A DNA stretch of 64,000 nt from Nemertoderma westbladi (GCA_032718475.1 JAUCBJ010006781.1:94371-158370); one strand, 5' to 3'. Positions 38,141 through 51,600 are shown, numbered from the stretch's first letter. The notes: generated by a model not told the origin, from the sequence alone. Translations and numbers: made by a program.

Positions 38141-39806
38141 TCGTCTGATATTATGTCAATATCAATCTTAATGTGTGTGAGTGGGACTGAGCACATTTAT
38201 GGAAACCGCAACGGGAATAGCGTAATGGGTAAATTTAGGGATCATTACCGCAAGTAAACAGCTGGCCAATCGAGTTATTCCGAGAGAAATAAGATAAAAA
38301 GAATCAGTACACCAAACATTCAAAATATTCTAAGCGACTGGCCTTTCTACACCAGGTCTTCTAACTGAGAGGAGATCACAAACAGATTATAGTTAATGTC
38401 TCAATTTGTTTTCAGCATTTTATCTTCAAATTGTGGAAACCATTGGGGATACCATTATAATGGTGGTTTCTACTTTGATTCGCAAATATAAATTGCCGTT
38501 AATTTTGTTTGCTTGGACATTTTGTAATTGGATAATCTGCCAAAAGTTCAATTTTGGTGAGAAAACCACACCATTTTTTTAATATTAAATTTTTTCGGTG
38601 CTACAGCTACCAACTTTAACTTCCTCTCCATATTATGCCTAATGCCTACTTACAAATTATATCCTGCTTATAGTCCTAATTGCACTACCGGTAATGTTAT
38701 TCTCATTCGAACCTCAGTGATCGAGTTAGTGGGTGTAAACACCTTCAAAGGTCAAAACAAAAGTCTACAAAACGTATAAGGCGGCTCAAACTGCAATTTA
38801 CCTTATCAATTCCAAATTAAAGCATTTTTACAAAATAAAACTTCCAGAGTGACCTTTCCGAATGAATAATAGCGTTATTCGATTCCAAATGATCCATTTA
38901 ATGGGAGGAAAGTGAAAAAAATAGAAAATGTGAAAAAATAGTAGATTTAGTATTTCTCTATATTTTGCACGAAAGAAGTCAGCAGGCTCAATTAAATTGT
39001 AATGTATTGATTGACTGAGCATGACTACCCATTATTTTCGAAAACTAATAGTTTTCTTTTGAGATTGTCTACCAGACACCCACTAAATCAATTGTCACTG
39101 TTATTGTTTCTCAAAGTTTATAAACGCCAAAGATCTGCTGTTGGGCGGAGTTCAAAGACTCTGTAGCCTGAATATAAACGCTCACAGTTAATTAGGTTAA
39201 ATAGTATTAGGAAAATGTTGGTGTTTCATAGCTCATGCACCACGTCAGAGGGACTCCTATTTTCTAAATAACAACTGCCTTTTTTCACAATACTTTTTAA
39301 GATTAACATGATTATTAGAACGTTCTCTGGAAACCCTAAAACAGTACTCTGCTAAACGATTATAATTATCTTACTAGCAAATATTCACAAACGTTATTAA
39401 TAATATAACCAAAACTACGTATGTTGTTTTTTTGCCCTATATTCCTGAGACTTTTAGCCTGACTGAATATAAGTACTGTAGTTGGTCATCACTGTCAAAA
39501 TGCAGAGTATATGGAAGTGAGAGTGGAAAGCGGAAGCTGAGCTGTTTAGCACCATTTGAAAAATAATATTTCTTAAAATTTTGTGATTTATAATTAGTTT
39601 TTAGATTTTTATTAGAAATGTATTTATTCAAAATTAAAAAAAAAAGATATATATATTTTAAGGACCATTTTTGTTACGCAAATTTTTCCTCGAATGATGA
39701 TTTTAAACTGCCAACGCAAAAATTATTATATTCTATTGTATTATAAAGACAGTTGGGTTGATTCCGGAACGGTTCCGAGCTGTTCCCACCGGAAACCGGA
39801 ACTAAC

Positions 39807-41090
39807 CCTGGGAGCGGGGGGTGGGATGTACTGGACGTCCTGGGCGGCTGGGACAATCTTGTTCTTCTGGTTCGGACAGCTCGGGAGATGCGCCATCACC
39901 TTCTCGCGGGACTCAAAGATTCCGTTGCAGAGCGGACAGACGACGTTGGCCTTCCGAGTCGCAGGGACCGACGAAACCCCGACGTTCTGGTGCATAATGA
40001 TGTGGTTGTAGTACTCGGAGTAGCTGTTGAAGTGGACGTTCTCGTCGAGACAGTAGAGCGCGACCAACTCGGCCTGGAAGCCGTGCGCCTGGATGTGCGC
40101 GAGGAACAACTTCTCCCCGGCTTCGCGGAACACGGTCCCGCACACGAAGCAGGTGAACGGGCGCGTGCAGCTGTGCACCCGCATGTGGGCGCACAATGCG
40201 CAGTTGTTCATCATCTGCAACCCACACTCGTTGCAGCGAAGGAACCCGGTCCCCGGTTTCAGATCGTTTCGCGCGAAGTGGATCGCCAGATAGTGGGCGC
40301 CCTCAAAGTAGCGGTTGCACTCCAGACAGACTCGCTTCGCTCGGTCTCGTACGTTCACGTAGACGTGGATGTCCTTGGCTTTACGGCGGAGGAAGATGTA
40401 TTTCTTCAACTTTAGTCCTTCCTTTGGTGCCATCGATTCGAGTATGAAATTGTTCATCCGGTGTTTAACCAGCGGCAGGAGGTTCGCGTTGGAGGTTGGT
40501 TGATTCGAGCCCGCCTGGGAGGTTGTAGGGCGGGTCTCGTTGCGTTGTAGGCTGGGGGGTTGGACAGGGCGAGGGTTCGACCCCGGGGGAGTGGGGCGGG
40601 TTGAGAGAGCTGGGGGAGGGCCGCGTTGCGGGGCGGGTTGTTGGCGCGCCGATGTCCCTGGCTCCGACGGGCGATATACCCCGGGAGGGGCGGTGCTGCC
40701 CGGGACCTTCTGCCACCCGCGGGTCGCCGTTTGGGCCGCCGCGGGCGGGGGCGCAGCGGTAGGCGCCGCAGGGCGTTGGGGCTGCACGACCTTTGGCTGC
40801 AGCTGGCGTTCCGTCGTGCCGCCTCGGTTAACCCCGTTCACTAACTGCGCCATCTGTTGCTGCTGTTTGAGCGCCGCTTGCTGCTGTGCGATTACCGGGT
40901 TCGGAACGGCGACGGGGGGTGGTGGGGGCGCCGGAGGTGGGCTCGGTTCCCGGAACTTCGACATTGCTCTGTCGTATGCCGCATTATACGCCTTCTTGAG
41001 TTCAACGTCATCTTTCGGAAGTCCAAAAGCAACTAACAGATCAGATATTGAATCGGCAGGGCTAGACTGCCGATCTTCAGCAATAGGCAT
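39807..41090 (-). CDS. ZNF532/ZNF592/ZNF687-like zinc-finger protein, first coding exon
   Basis: ATG at 41090 with an upstream in-frame stop; GC-rich Pro/Gln N-terminus; CLECNRYF...LAIHFAR and CNECGLQMMNNCALCAHMRVHSCTRPFTCFVCG recall the ZNF532-family fingers; donor AGG|GTTAGT. Confidence 0.82.
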
Positions 41091-42077
41091 ATTACTTCAT
41101 TTACAAATTATTAGGCTGTTACTATTAAGAATATGAGAATAGAAGATTAGTGGAGTTTTTCTAATTTGCCTGTCCAACTACTGAACTCGGTAAAGACTGA
41201 CCTATTGACAGAGAGACCTATGAATAGTGACAGTAGAAATTATGGAACAGACTCACACTGAACTGAACAATATTACAATTGCAAGCCATTAATATTACAA
41301 ACACAATATTACAAACTGAACACCCGAACAGAAGCCATACAAAATTACTACAGTGTACAAATACAGTCAACACCTGCTTAAAAACAATAGTGACAAGAAA
41401 CTTTTCGAGCCTAATCCAATGCTACTCCGGTGGTAACACAGCGTGCAGTAGTCACAGGGGAGCCACATGATAGTTTATCCGTCATCCCCGTCATCATCTA
41501 CCTGCTGGCACTTTGCGCAGACTACGTCATTTATAAGGTTCTGATCCTAGAGATCTTCAAGATCATCTAGATAGATATCCATAGAGTGATTGATGATGTC
41601 GAGGGCACCTCCTCCACAGGGTCAGGGTTACTGCAACCAGGATTGGCTATAGCACCTTGGACAGATGCAGATTGCCACACTACTGTAGTTGAGGTGTCTC
41701 TATTGCTGACTAGTATCTGGCCGTGGCCAGGATCAGGAACAGCTCTAGGGACTTTCTTCCCTATCCTGTGCTTCATGGATTCTGAACTGGAACCTCGGTC
41801 AGTCGGTGCTCCTGCAACATTTCAACGACAGTGTCATTACGTTTTGTTTAGCTTGCTTCTCATCAAGCGACCATAACCCTGAAGCTCGAAACCCATATTG
41901 AATATTCTTAGATATGGTTCTCTGCAGACCGCTCTGTAGACGTCCAAATCTCCAGGATCGCCTCCAAAGGCATGTACAACATCATTATCGGAATACGCGT
42001 CTGTTAGATCCGTTTCATATATTGCATCAGCATAGATGTTTTCAATGACTGGGAAAGCAGGAGAGTTCTTCGACTCC

Positions 42078-43161
42078 ACTATGGGTACCGGACAAGTCCC
42101 TAAAAGGTGCCACCCTGCTCCATAGCGCGGGAAATTCAAATGATTGAAAGACATGTAATTTGTGCTGGAAAGGGTGGCAGATCAGATATGCCACCAATAT
42201 TTTGGCGGTAAATTCAAATCTGTTTCAACATTGAATACATGAATAGAGTACCGGTAAGACTTATGTAATTCATTGAATCAGAGTAAATTATTTCTTATCG
42301 GTTTAATTCACTCATCCGTTATTGTTGTTGTTTTATCTATTCTGGGGCTTCGAGCAGCACGTGAACAACCAAGCTGACTTGTTAGCTAGTCTGGGACTTC
42401 GAGCAGCACGTGAACAACTAAGCTGACTGGTTAACTAGTCTGGGACTTCGATCAGCACGTGAACAACTAAGCTGACTGGTTAACTATTATACACTTATAC
42501 CTAGTATATTAATAGTAGATTACAAGTGGATAGGTGATAGAAAGGCGCAGTGAATTTATTTATTTTTGGCGGTTGATTCAAATTACAGAATTATCATATT
42601 TCCATCACAAACTGTACACAGTGTGATGCAGTATGTACGTGAGTAACGTACTAAAGGGTCAAGGAGCTAGAGCAGTAGACTTCATACTGTAAACCTCTTA
42701 CTGTAGTAGCTACTGCTACTGCATGTGCAGTAGGCCTACTGTATTAACAGTTCAGTTTAGTTGTTCACGTGCTGCTCGAAGTCCCAGACTAGTTAACCAG
42801 TCAGCTTAGTTGTTCACGTGGTGCTCGAAGTCCCAGACTAGTTAACCAGTCAGCTTAGTTGTTGACGTGCTGCTCGAAGCCCCAGAATAGATAAAACAAC
42901 AACAATAACGGATGAGTGAATTAAACCGATTAGAAATAATTTATTCTAATTCAATGAATTACATTAGTCTTACTCTAGGCCTATTCATGTACCGGTATTC
43001 AATGTTAGATTTTGAAGATTTGAATTTACCGCCAAAATATAGGTAGCAGATCTGATCTGCCACCCTTTCCAGTATAAATTACATGTCTTTCAATCATTTG
43101 AATTCCCGCGCTATGGAGCAGGGTTGGCACCTTTTAGGGACTTGTTGGGTACCGGTATAGT
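42078..43161. repeat. Long imperfect palindrome (about 400-bp arms, about 270-bp spacer), foldback-like
   Basis: 42084 GGTACC..ACAAGTCCCTAAAAGGTGCCA is mirrored by CACCTTTTAGGGACTTGT..GGTACC 43153; each arm has three 49-bp internal repeats containing CACGTG. Confidence 0.9.
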
Positions 43162-43499
43162 ATAAGTGTTATAGCCAAACCAACGGATATTGTATTTAAG
43201 GAATATAAGCCTGGCTGCATTTTCTGATATTCATCGAATCCGCTTCCCACGTGTTGTGTTCTTGGCGACTTTAAACTCACACTCCGAGCCTGGGGTACCA
43301 CTCACTCCCTGGCAGCCTGGTACTAAATATCGGTATGAGAGCTAAAAATATAGGATAAGGGCGGTTAAAAAATTATGTCATGGTCAAATGGGAGGGGGGG
43401 TGGGGGGAGTCAAACGGTCCGGAGCAGGTGCTCTGGTTGAACAATAGATGAGACGAGCACGAGACATGTATCTTCAACAATGTGGGAACTCCTGTAGGG

Positions 43500-44908
43500 C
43501 CCGTATGCTAAGTGATTTTTTTGTGCGCCGAACGCGACGCGGCGCAGAAAAAAATGTGCGCCTGTGCAGTCGAAAACAGTGCAAAATCCGCGTGCGCAGC
43601 AGAAAAACTGCGCGAGATTGGCAGATTGGCGCGCGCAGCAGAAATTCTGCGCGAGATTGGCGCGCACAGCAGACTGGCAGAAATACTGCGCGAAATCTCC
43701 TACCACGTACCTGCCTGCCTACTGCTGTACTGGCCTAAAGCACACCAAGCAGCCAAGTAGCAAGTACAGAAGTGGGACAGTAGAAGGCTTATTATTTCAG
43801 TATTTCTTACAGTCTTATCTGTATTGTCATTACCCTGTTACCGGTAGTCAGCAGACTGCCAGGGGTAGCGGGTAGGTCTACTTACCGGTACTGACTAGGG
43901 CTCGATCGGAGCTCCGGCCTCCGGCTCCGGCTCCGGCCATTTTGGCACCTCCGGCTCCTGCTCCGGCTCCGGTAAAAATATTGCCGGAGTTAATTTTTTA
44001 ATAAAGTATTATATTTCGTGCATATTCTAATCTGAACAATTATCTACACTCTGACACTATAAGTACCGTACTGTAGTACAGCTTCAATATCAAGCATAAT
44101 ACTGCAGTATTTACCTAGTCAATGACTGACTGACTGACTGTACTGCAGTACTGGTACTGGCCAGCTGGCTGACTAGCAGACTGTTACAGATAGGCCCTAC
44201 AGCCCTACCTACTGTAAAAAATTGTTGTAAATGCTATGATTGTACACTGTACCACTGCCTGACTGCAGCCATTTACTGACTGTCATGCCAGCATAATGTA
44301 CTGCAGTACTGGTACACGTACGGTACAGCGGTAGGCTACCTACAGTACACACCTCTACCACAGTTAGACAGTCTGACAGTTAGTGAGTTAGGTACTGTAG
44401 CACTGTAGGTAATTTTTAGCCGTCAGCGTCAGGCCGTCTGTCCGTGATAAATTAATTACTTAAATGTTAAATTGAAAATTCGTAAATCTATAAATTATGA
44501 AATTAATTAGACCTACAGTACAGCAGTATGATTGATTATGAGCGATTGGCGAACGATAACCATACTTTATTTTTTTTAAATAAATAATTAATTTTTTAAA
44601 ATTTTTGAAAAACTCCGGCTCCTGCTCCGGCTCCGGCCAAATTGTCCAACTCCGGCTCCTGCTCCGGCCAAATCCCAACTCCGATCGAGCCCTAGTACTG
44701 ACTTAGTGCTGTAGTGCAAGTCTGAGCCGTGCTATCAATTTTCTGCGCCTGCGCCTGTCGCGCCGCGCTCTAAATTTTCTGCGCCTGCGCGCTGCGCGGC
44801 GCTGCGCTGCGCGGCGCTGCGCTCTCAATTTTCTGCGCCTGCTCCAAATTATGGAAAAAATTGTGCGCCGAACGCGTTCGGCGTACATGCCCTACTTAGC
44901 AGAATGGC
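43500..44908. mobile_element. GC-rich non-autonomous DNA transposon, copy 1 (with nested MITE)
   Basis: Ends CCCGTATGCTAAGT...ACTTAGCAGAATGGC; TGTAGGG duplicated at 43493-43499 and 44909-44915; near-identical to 49122-49699. Confidence 0.88.
43896..44694. mobile_element. hAT-type MITE nested in the preceding element
   Basis: TIR TAGGGCTCGATCGGAG / CTCCGATCGAGCCCTA; perfect 8-bp TSD GTACTGAC; the empty site is present in copy 2 at 49501-49508. Confidence 0.93.
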
Positions 44909-46519
44909 TGTAGGGCCTATACTTTTATACGCCTTGACTGTCCTGTCATAAAACCTCATGGATTTGGCAATGGATCGACCGAATTTAAAATTTTGCAGAA
45001 CCGGAACCGAACTTGATAAAAAATTACCGAATAACCGAATAATTCGGTCGATCCCTACTACTCAACCTACTACTAAATAACGGTTCGATTAATATGCATT
45101 ACTTTTACCTACTGTTTTTATATATTCGATTTACACTTCTGCCTGCACTTATATTACAGTATTAAATAGGCTCACAGGCCGACTTCCAGTACCTTGGATA
45201 GAGAGTAGCAAAACGGACATAGAAGTTAGGAAAAACATTTCCACTGTCCGAGTTCGCTCGACCTAGTAGTAGTAGTAGTAGTAGACAGGCCGAAAGGCTA
45301 AAAAGCGCCTCTGATACCGGTAATTATATTTAAGTATATATTTAATTTATAGGCCTATGGGTCCAATTTTTATTAGGTTTTTTTAATAATACATACCTGC
45401 CACTGCCACTCAGAACTGCAGAACAAGCTGACAAGGGGTGGAAGGAAATTTTCCACATCTGCAATCTGGATGGAATGTAAGCATTATAAGTTTCGCATTC
45501 AGCTATTCGGAATGACGTTTATCACATAGGCCCTACTGACAGTCAGGGAGATCATAAATTTTGGGGTTACCCCAAATTTCGAATTCTGGTAATAGACTGT
45601 CGAAAATTGGGGTTTTTTGTTCAAATTTGAGGTATTTTTAGGCTCCATAATATCAAGTGTTGCTGCGACTTAGGGAAACTGTTGGAGCAACTTCTACTTG
45701 TAATATGTTAAAATATAATGTAAAATAAGAACTTTTATCGATGCAATAAAATATTTCACCGATGCAAACATGCTTTTATTGGGGGCGAAAATTGAAATTT
45801 GAGGTTAAACCTCAAATTTGAGACAAAACCTCAAATTTCGCCAGTCTTTACAACATCACCAGCCTGCCAGCAGTAGGGTGTAGCAGTAGGCTTTGCTGCT
45901 TAGTGCTTATAGCTGTATAGAGCTTGGTGAGAATGGGTGACCAGTGTAACCTGTGACATGACTGTATGACATGTATGCAGGGTAGGCTTAACCTTACAGC
46001 ACAGCAACTTACAGTCAATAACTTTAATGATTGTTAACTCCGTTAGTGATTGGTGATAAAAATGCAGAAGACTAGAGAAATTCGCTATCCTTACAGCCTT
46101 ACTGTTGGTAAGAAGAAAAGTAGACCAAATCCTCACTGTTGCGAGATTCAAGCTCACACAGCTGCACAGTCACAGACTCAGGAAGGCCTACTATATCTTG
46201 TAGATGTTGAATCAATTCCAGAATTTGGAAGTTTACATATGCTGGCATTCATCGGTTCTGTTCATCATTCACATCACACATCTTCGGAAAAAAACAGACC
46301 AAATCCTCACTGTCAGACTGTTGCGAGATTCAAGCTCACACAGCTGCACAGACTCAGGAAGGCCTACTATATCTTGTAGATGTTGAATCAATTCCAGAAT
46401 TTGGACGTTTACATATCGGTTCTGTTCATCATTCATATCACACATCTTCGGAAAAAATATGTTTTCTGGTTGTTGATGTCCTCTTTAAAACTTTGTATAT
46501 CAAATGAAGCCATTCCTCT

Positions 46520-47110
46520 CCTGACAGCCTGAAGACTTATGTAATATTCGCCTGCCCGAGCTCTATCTGTCAATTGGAATACTGTACCATCATTCTCCCA
46601 CATAGTTCTGTAGTTTGGAGCCCATTACTAGACAAATGTTGCCGCAAAGGTTGACGTGGTTTATACAATATATGTGGACTTGATTCTTTTGTTAGTTATT
46701 CTATACGACTGGAGACTCTAAAGTTGGAACCACTACCTACTGCAGTATACATCAATTAAAGTTCAATTTGATAATGTGATTTAAACTTATATGTAAAGAT
46801 CTAAACCTGATCCTCCATTACAACAATGTGCAACATCCTCGCAGACTATTTTAATATCCCAGCCAGACATCCAATGCAATCATGACCTGGCCATATATAT
46901 AAAATTACGAAGCAAAGGCCATGCCCCGCCCATCTGCCCATGTCTGCATGTTCCATACATCACCTCTTCTTTATCAGGGTCATTAACATATGGAACATGA
47001 TGGACCTGGAACACAGTAGAAACATCATCATCACTAATCGCTATTCTTTTAAACAGTCTTTAGACTCTGCTTTCTTATCAAGACATCTGAAATGTTTTAG
47101 AAATCTAAGC
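46520..47110 (+). mobile_element. Highly decayed CR1/L2-type LINE 3' remnant
   Basis: Fragments translate as IRLETLKLEPL and FFIRVINIWN, typical of CR1-group ORF2 ends; many stops. Confidence 0.55.
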
Positions 47111-48136
47111 GACTGTTTGTTTATACTATACATACATACAGCCATAGCAGCATAGTTCAACAGTAGTTGTATATAAAGCTCTGAATGCTGGAATGCTGGA
47201 CCCGGAATGTCAGAATGTCTATGACAGTATGAAGGTTGGCAGTTGGATCATTGGCTGATTTGTGGGTCGGGCCCACTGCTGCACTGGCTGACTGGAACGG
47301 TCTATGATTATAATACAGTATGAATGGGTATTTCGAATCGAATCACGTATTTTCGAAATCTCGTTCGAGAAAATTTTTAAGTTTTCAAAAACTTCCAGGT
47401 GGCAACTGGCAATATTGTGCTTTATGTTATAATCCATCTTATCTTCGCAATGATATGTCAGTCAGTCAGGGAGATCATCAAATTTGAGAATACCTCAAAT
47501 TTCAAATTATAGACCCAATTTTGGAATTACCTCAAATTTAATACAAGGTTAGGTTAATTCTCTAAATTTGAGTTTTACCCCAAATTTGAATTTCATAGCA
47601 GCATAGTCAGATACAGACAGAAGTCATAGTTGGCCTAGTTCAATAGTTGTTAGCTTGTTACTGTCACTGTATTGCAAAGGTAAAAAAATAAACTGATGTA
47701 GGCCTAGTGTCTGAGTGTTGTGAAATATAATATTTAAAACATATACATACAGTATTAGTTTAAAAAGGCTTATACTTAAAAAGGCTATTGGTAGGGGTGC
47801 AGTGCAGCAGTGGGGTGGTATGATCAGATGGTAGACATATAAAACGAAGTATAGAGCTTAAAGAACTTATATTTTTATATTGCTACTTTTTGCTTGAATA
47901 TGCCCTAAAATCGGGAGAAAAAGTAGTAGGCCTACTTTTTTTCCCTACTGGTAGGGAAAAAGTTGTCCCCATAATATCTGAATATTGTAACTTTTTGTTG
48001 GCACAGCTTTTGCAAAGGCGGCAACACAGCAACCTGCAATAATATTGAATATATTGCCACATAATAATGTACCATAGAGCCATAATTTTGCATTGATTTT
48101 ACTTTTTCTCCCAGTAAAAAAAGTAAAATAAAACAT

Positions 48137-48397
48137 TGGCACTTGTGTCAAATAGGGGACCCTCCTAGCTCCTAATCTGCTAATCCTGAAATCCTCTAAA
48201 CTAAAGTCACTTTCACTAGTGCCCGGTTACAGGGTTAGCAAAGGAGCAGGTTACAGAGGTGAGTTGAAAGTAACCAAAAAACAATAAACAAGAGTTAGGA
48301 ATATTGATATCACCTGCACTAAATTTCAGGATTAGCTGGTGATTTCAGGATTAGCAGATTAGGAGGGTCACCTATTTGATTTGACACAAGTGCCAAC
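48137..48397. mobile_element. Small MITE
   Basis: TTGGCACTTGTGTCAAAT ... ATTTGACACAAGTGCCAA inverted ends with internal CTAATC/GATTAG mirror motifs. Confidence 0.65.
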
Positions 48398-48619
48398 ATA
48401 TTTTTGGTGGAATTTCTAAAATTTCATTGAATGTGTTGATCAAAATTTGAGCAAAATCCATCCCTACACACTATTGCAATGCAACTTGCCTGCAAGGTGT
48501 ACTCCAGAGATGAGATAAAGCCTCGCCTCGAGAATAGGTTAGTGAAAAAGGTTATACTTTTTGCTCAAGTTATAAATAATTCTGGTTCCTCATAAGGTCA
48601 ATTTAAAAGGATGTATATG

Positions 48620-51600
48620 TCAGTCGGTGAGAAGTCAACAATTGGACTTCAAGTCCAATTTTGGACTCCAAAGTCCAATATTGGACTTTAGTACAATTCC
48701 AATTCCAATTCCACTGCATCCCGTATCAGTACATATATATTACATAATTACAATGCAACATTATTTTAATGATCAAATTAATTATTATATGTATTATACA
48801 ATGTTATAAACAGGGATCGCACTCGCACACGTACAGTCAGACATCAGTAGTTACTTTTTGCGGTAGTGGTATAGCTTTGCCGTAGCCTTACTGCCTTAGC
48901 GGTGTATACCGCGGTAGCGTAGTTGAATTACAGCTGTATAGTTCATTCATACCCATACTGACTGCCATACCTGTGGTATTTTCGTATGGCAAAAATAAGA
49001 TACTGTAAACTGTAACCTATTATGTTATTGAGTTAATGTTTATTGACTAATTGTTTTGATTAGGTTCACTGTGTCAAGTACAATGCACACATCTCTGCAT
49101 CTCCAACCAGACAGCAGACACCCCGTATGCTAAGTGATTTTTTTGTGCGCCGAACGCGACGCGGCGCAGAAAAAAATGTGCGCCTGCGCAGTCGAAAACA
49201 TTGCAAAATCCGCGTGCGCAGCAGAAAAACTGCGCGAGATTGGCGCGCGCAGCAGAAATTCTGCGCGAGATTGGCGCGCACAGCAGAAATACTGCGCGAA
49301 ATCTCCTACCACGTACCTGCCTGCTTACCACCTACTGCCAGACTGCTGTCAGGCTGTACTGGCCTAAAGCACACCAAGCAGCCAAGTAGCAAGTAGGAGG
49401 CTTATTATTTCAGTATTTCTTACAGTCTTATCTGTATTGTCATTACCCTGTTACCGGTAGTCGGCAGACTGCCAGGGGTAGCGGGTAGGTCTACTTACCG
49501 GTACTGACTTAGTGCTGTAATGCAAGTCTGAGCCGTGCTATCAATTTTCTGCGCCTGCGCCTGTCGCGCCGCGCTCTAAATTTTCTGCGCCTGCGCGCTG
49601 CGCGGCGCTGCGCTCTCAATTTTCTGCGCCTGCTCCAAATTCTGGAAAAAATTGTGCGCCGAACGCGTTCGGCGTACATGCCCTACTTAGCAGAATGGCC
49701 AGACACTATATAACTGATAACATTGGAGTTGGAGGTGTCTCATTCAGTCATTGGTTCCCCCAAGTTTGACACTAGAACAAAGCTGCTTCCGCTTTGCAGG
49801 ACATCGCTTTAAGCCGTGCCTGTGAGGACCAGCCAGTGCACCTCATGTAGTGAATACGCATGGTGGACAGCCCATGACTTTCTTGAGACGCATCTTTCTT
49901 ACTGTCTTACTTTCTACACTGGCCTTGAAGATGCGGATGATCTAACAAATGTCATGGGTGATAAAGGCTGTAAGAGTGTAAGGGAGTTGTGGATGTGGAG
50001 GCGCACTTTTGTCAACAAGCCGGCACAGCATTCTTAATACATAATAGGGCCTATATATATAATGCAGCTGCAATGAATCATGCCGATTGTAGTATTAGTA
50101 TGTGGTGAGGTTATAGGGCTCCTTCAATTGGTAAAGTCAAAAGTGGCCGTTTATTGTTTTAGTTAGAAAAGCCTGCCTCTCTAACCTGTTCCTTTCCCTT
50201 ATGATTATGACGTGTGTTACTTGTTACTTCTGTACTTATTATGTGGAGACCCCAACACGTTAATCAGTTACTAATCCCATTTCATTATCCTGTTATCCAG
50301 CCGTTTTATAATACACTTCCTGTTGTATGGAAACAATTAGAAGAGATGGTGGTAGTATTTCTTTCTGATAGGGCTCCCATACTGCCATAGCCTTAGACGA
50401 AATCGTAGCTTGTACTGTAGTTAGCCTTAGCAGCAGCTGCAGTTGGCTAACCTGGCATTGCTACCAGTCAGCTAGTATCCACCAAATATAATTTGTAATT
50501 AAATATTTGTTGGAGCATAATCTAATCTAGTCCTCCTAAAGACACTATAAAGTCCTGGGTACATAAGGCTGTAAGGTTAGACATAACATGAATGTAAATT
50601 GTAAACTAAACAATATGCTAAAAGTACAGTACAAAGTAGGCGTACCTAGAATGCTAGAATGTACCATTATATTCTAAGTACAGTACAGTCAGTACACTGA
50701 AGATACATAGAGAGCTGCAAAGGTAACTTTCCATAACTTAACAGCTGTCTGGCTGTCTCTCATCTGTCATGCTTCAAGTTCGATTCTCAATGTCACGTCC
50801 AAAATTGGACTTAAAGTCCAATATTGGACTTTTGTAAAAATTCAAAGCCTTATAAAAAAAGTTCCCCCTGGTGAATTTCAGGTCCCCCTGTTCAAAACTC
50901 TTATTTTTTGATATATTTTCGATTAAAGAAAAAAAATCCCGCCCGATCCAATTACCCAAGGCCCTGGAACAATTGGCTGACTCACAGATTGGACTCACAG
51001 AAGTCCAATTTTGGACTTGAACTGGAGTCGAAGTCCAATTTTGGACTCAAGTCCAATTTTTGACTTCTCACCGACTCAGTCGGTGAGAAGTCAAAAATTG
51101 GACTTCAAGTCCAATTTTAGACTTAAAGTCCAATTTTGGACTCCAAAGTCCAATATTGGACTTTAGTACAACTCCAAGTGTACCTACCCATGCTGCCATA
51201 CTGTATATCGGTATTTAAATCAAAACTGCATCCCGTATCAGTACATATATATTACATAATTACAATGCAACATTATTTTAATGATCAAATTAATTATTAT
51301 AAGTATTATAAAAGCAGGGATCGCACACATACAGTCAGACATCAGTAGTTAAGAGTTACTTTTTGCGGTAGTGGTATGGCTTTGTGGTAGCCTTACTGCC
51401 TTAATGGTGTATACCGCGGTAGCGGTAGTGGAGTTATAGCTGTATAGTTCATTCATACCCATACCTGTGGTATTTTCGTATGGCAAAAATAAGACTATCG
51501 TATGGCAAAAATAAGACTACTGTAAACTGTAACCTATTATGTTGTTGAGTTAATGTTAATGTTTATTGACTAATTGTTTTGATTAGGTTCACTGTCAGAC

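Noticed and set aside
39888-41136. Plus-strand ORFs overlapping the zinc-finger exon
   Set aside because: Antisense shadows of GC-rich coding sequence.
43410-43875. Arg/Ala/Cys-rich ORFs here and at 49066-49396
   Set aside because: Translations of GC-rich subterminal repeats of a non-autonomous transposon.
45397-45470. Minus-strand segment IADVENFLPP...WQ|GTATGT as UCP first exon
   Set aside because: Lacks the PxDxxKxRLQ carrier signature.
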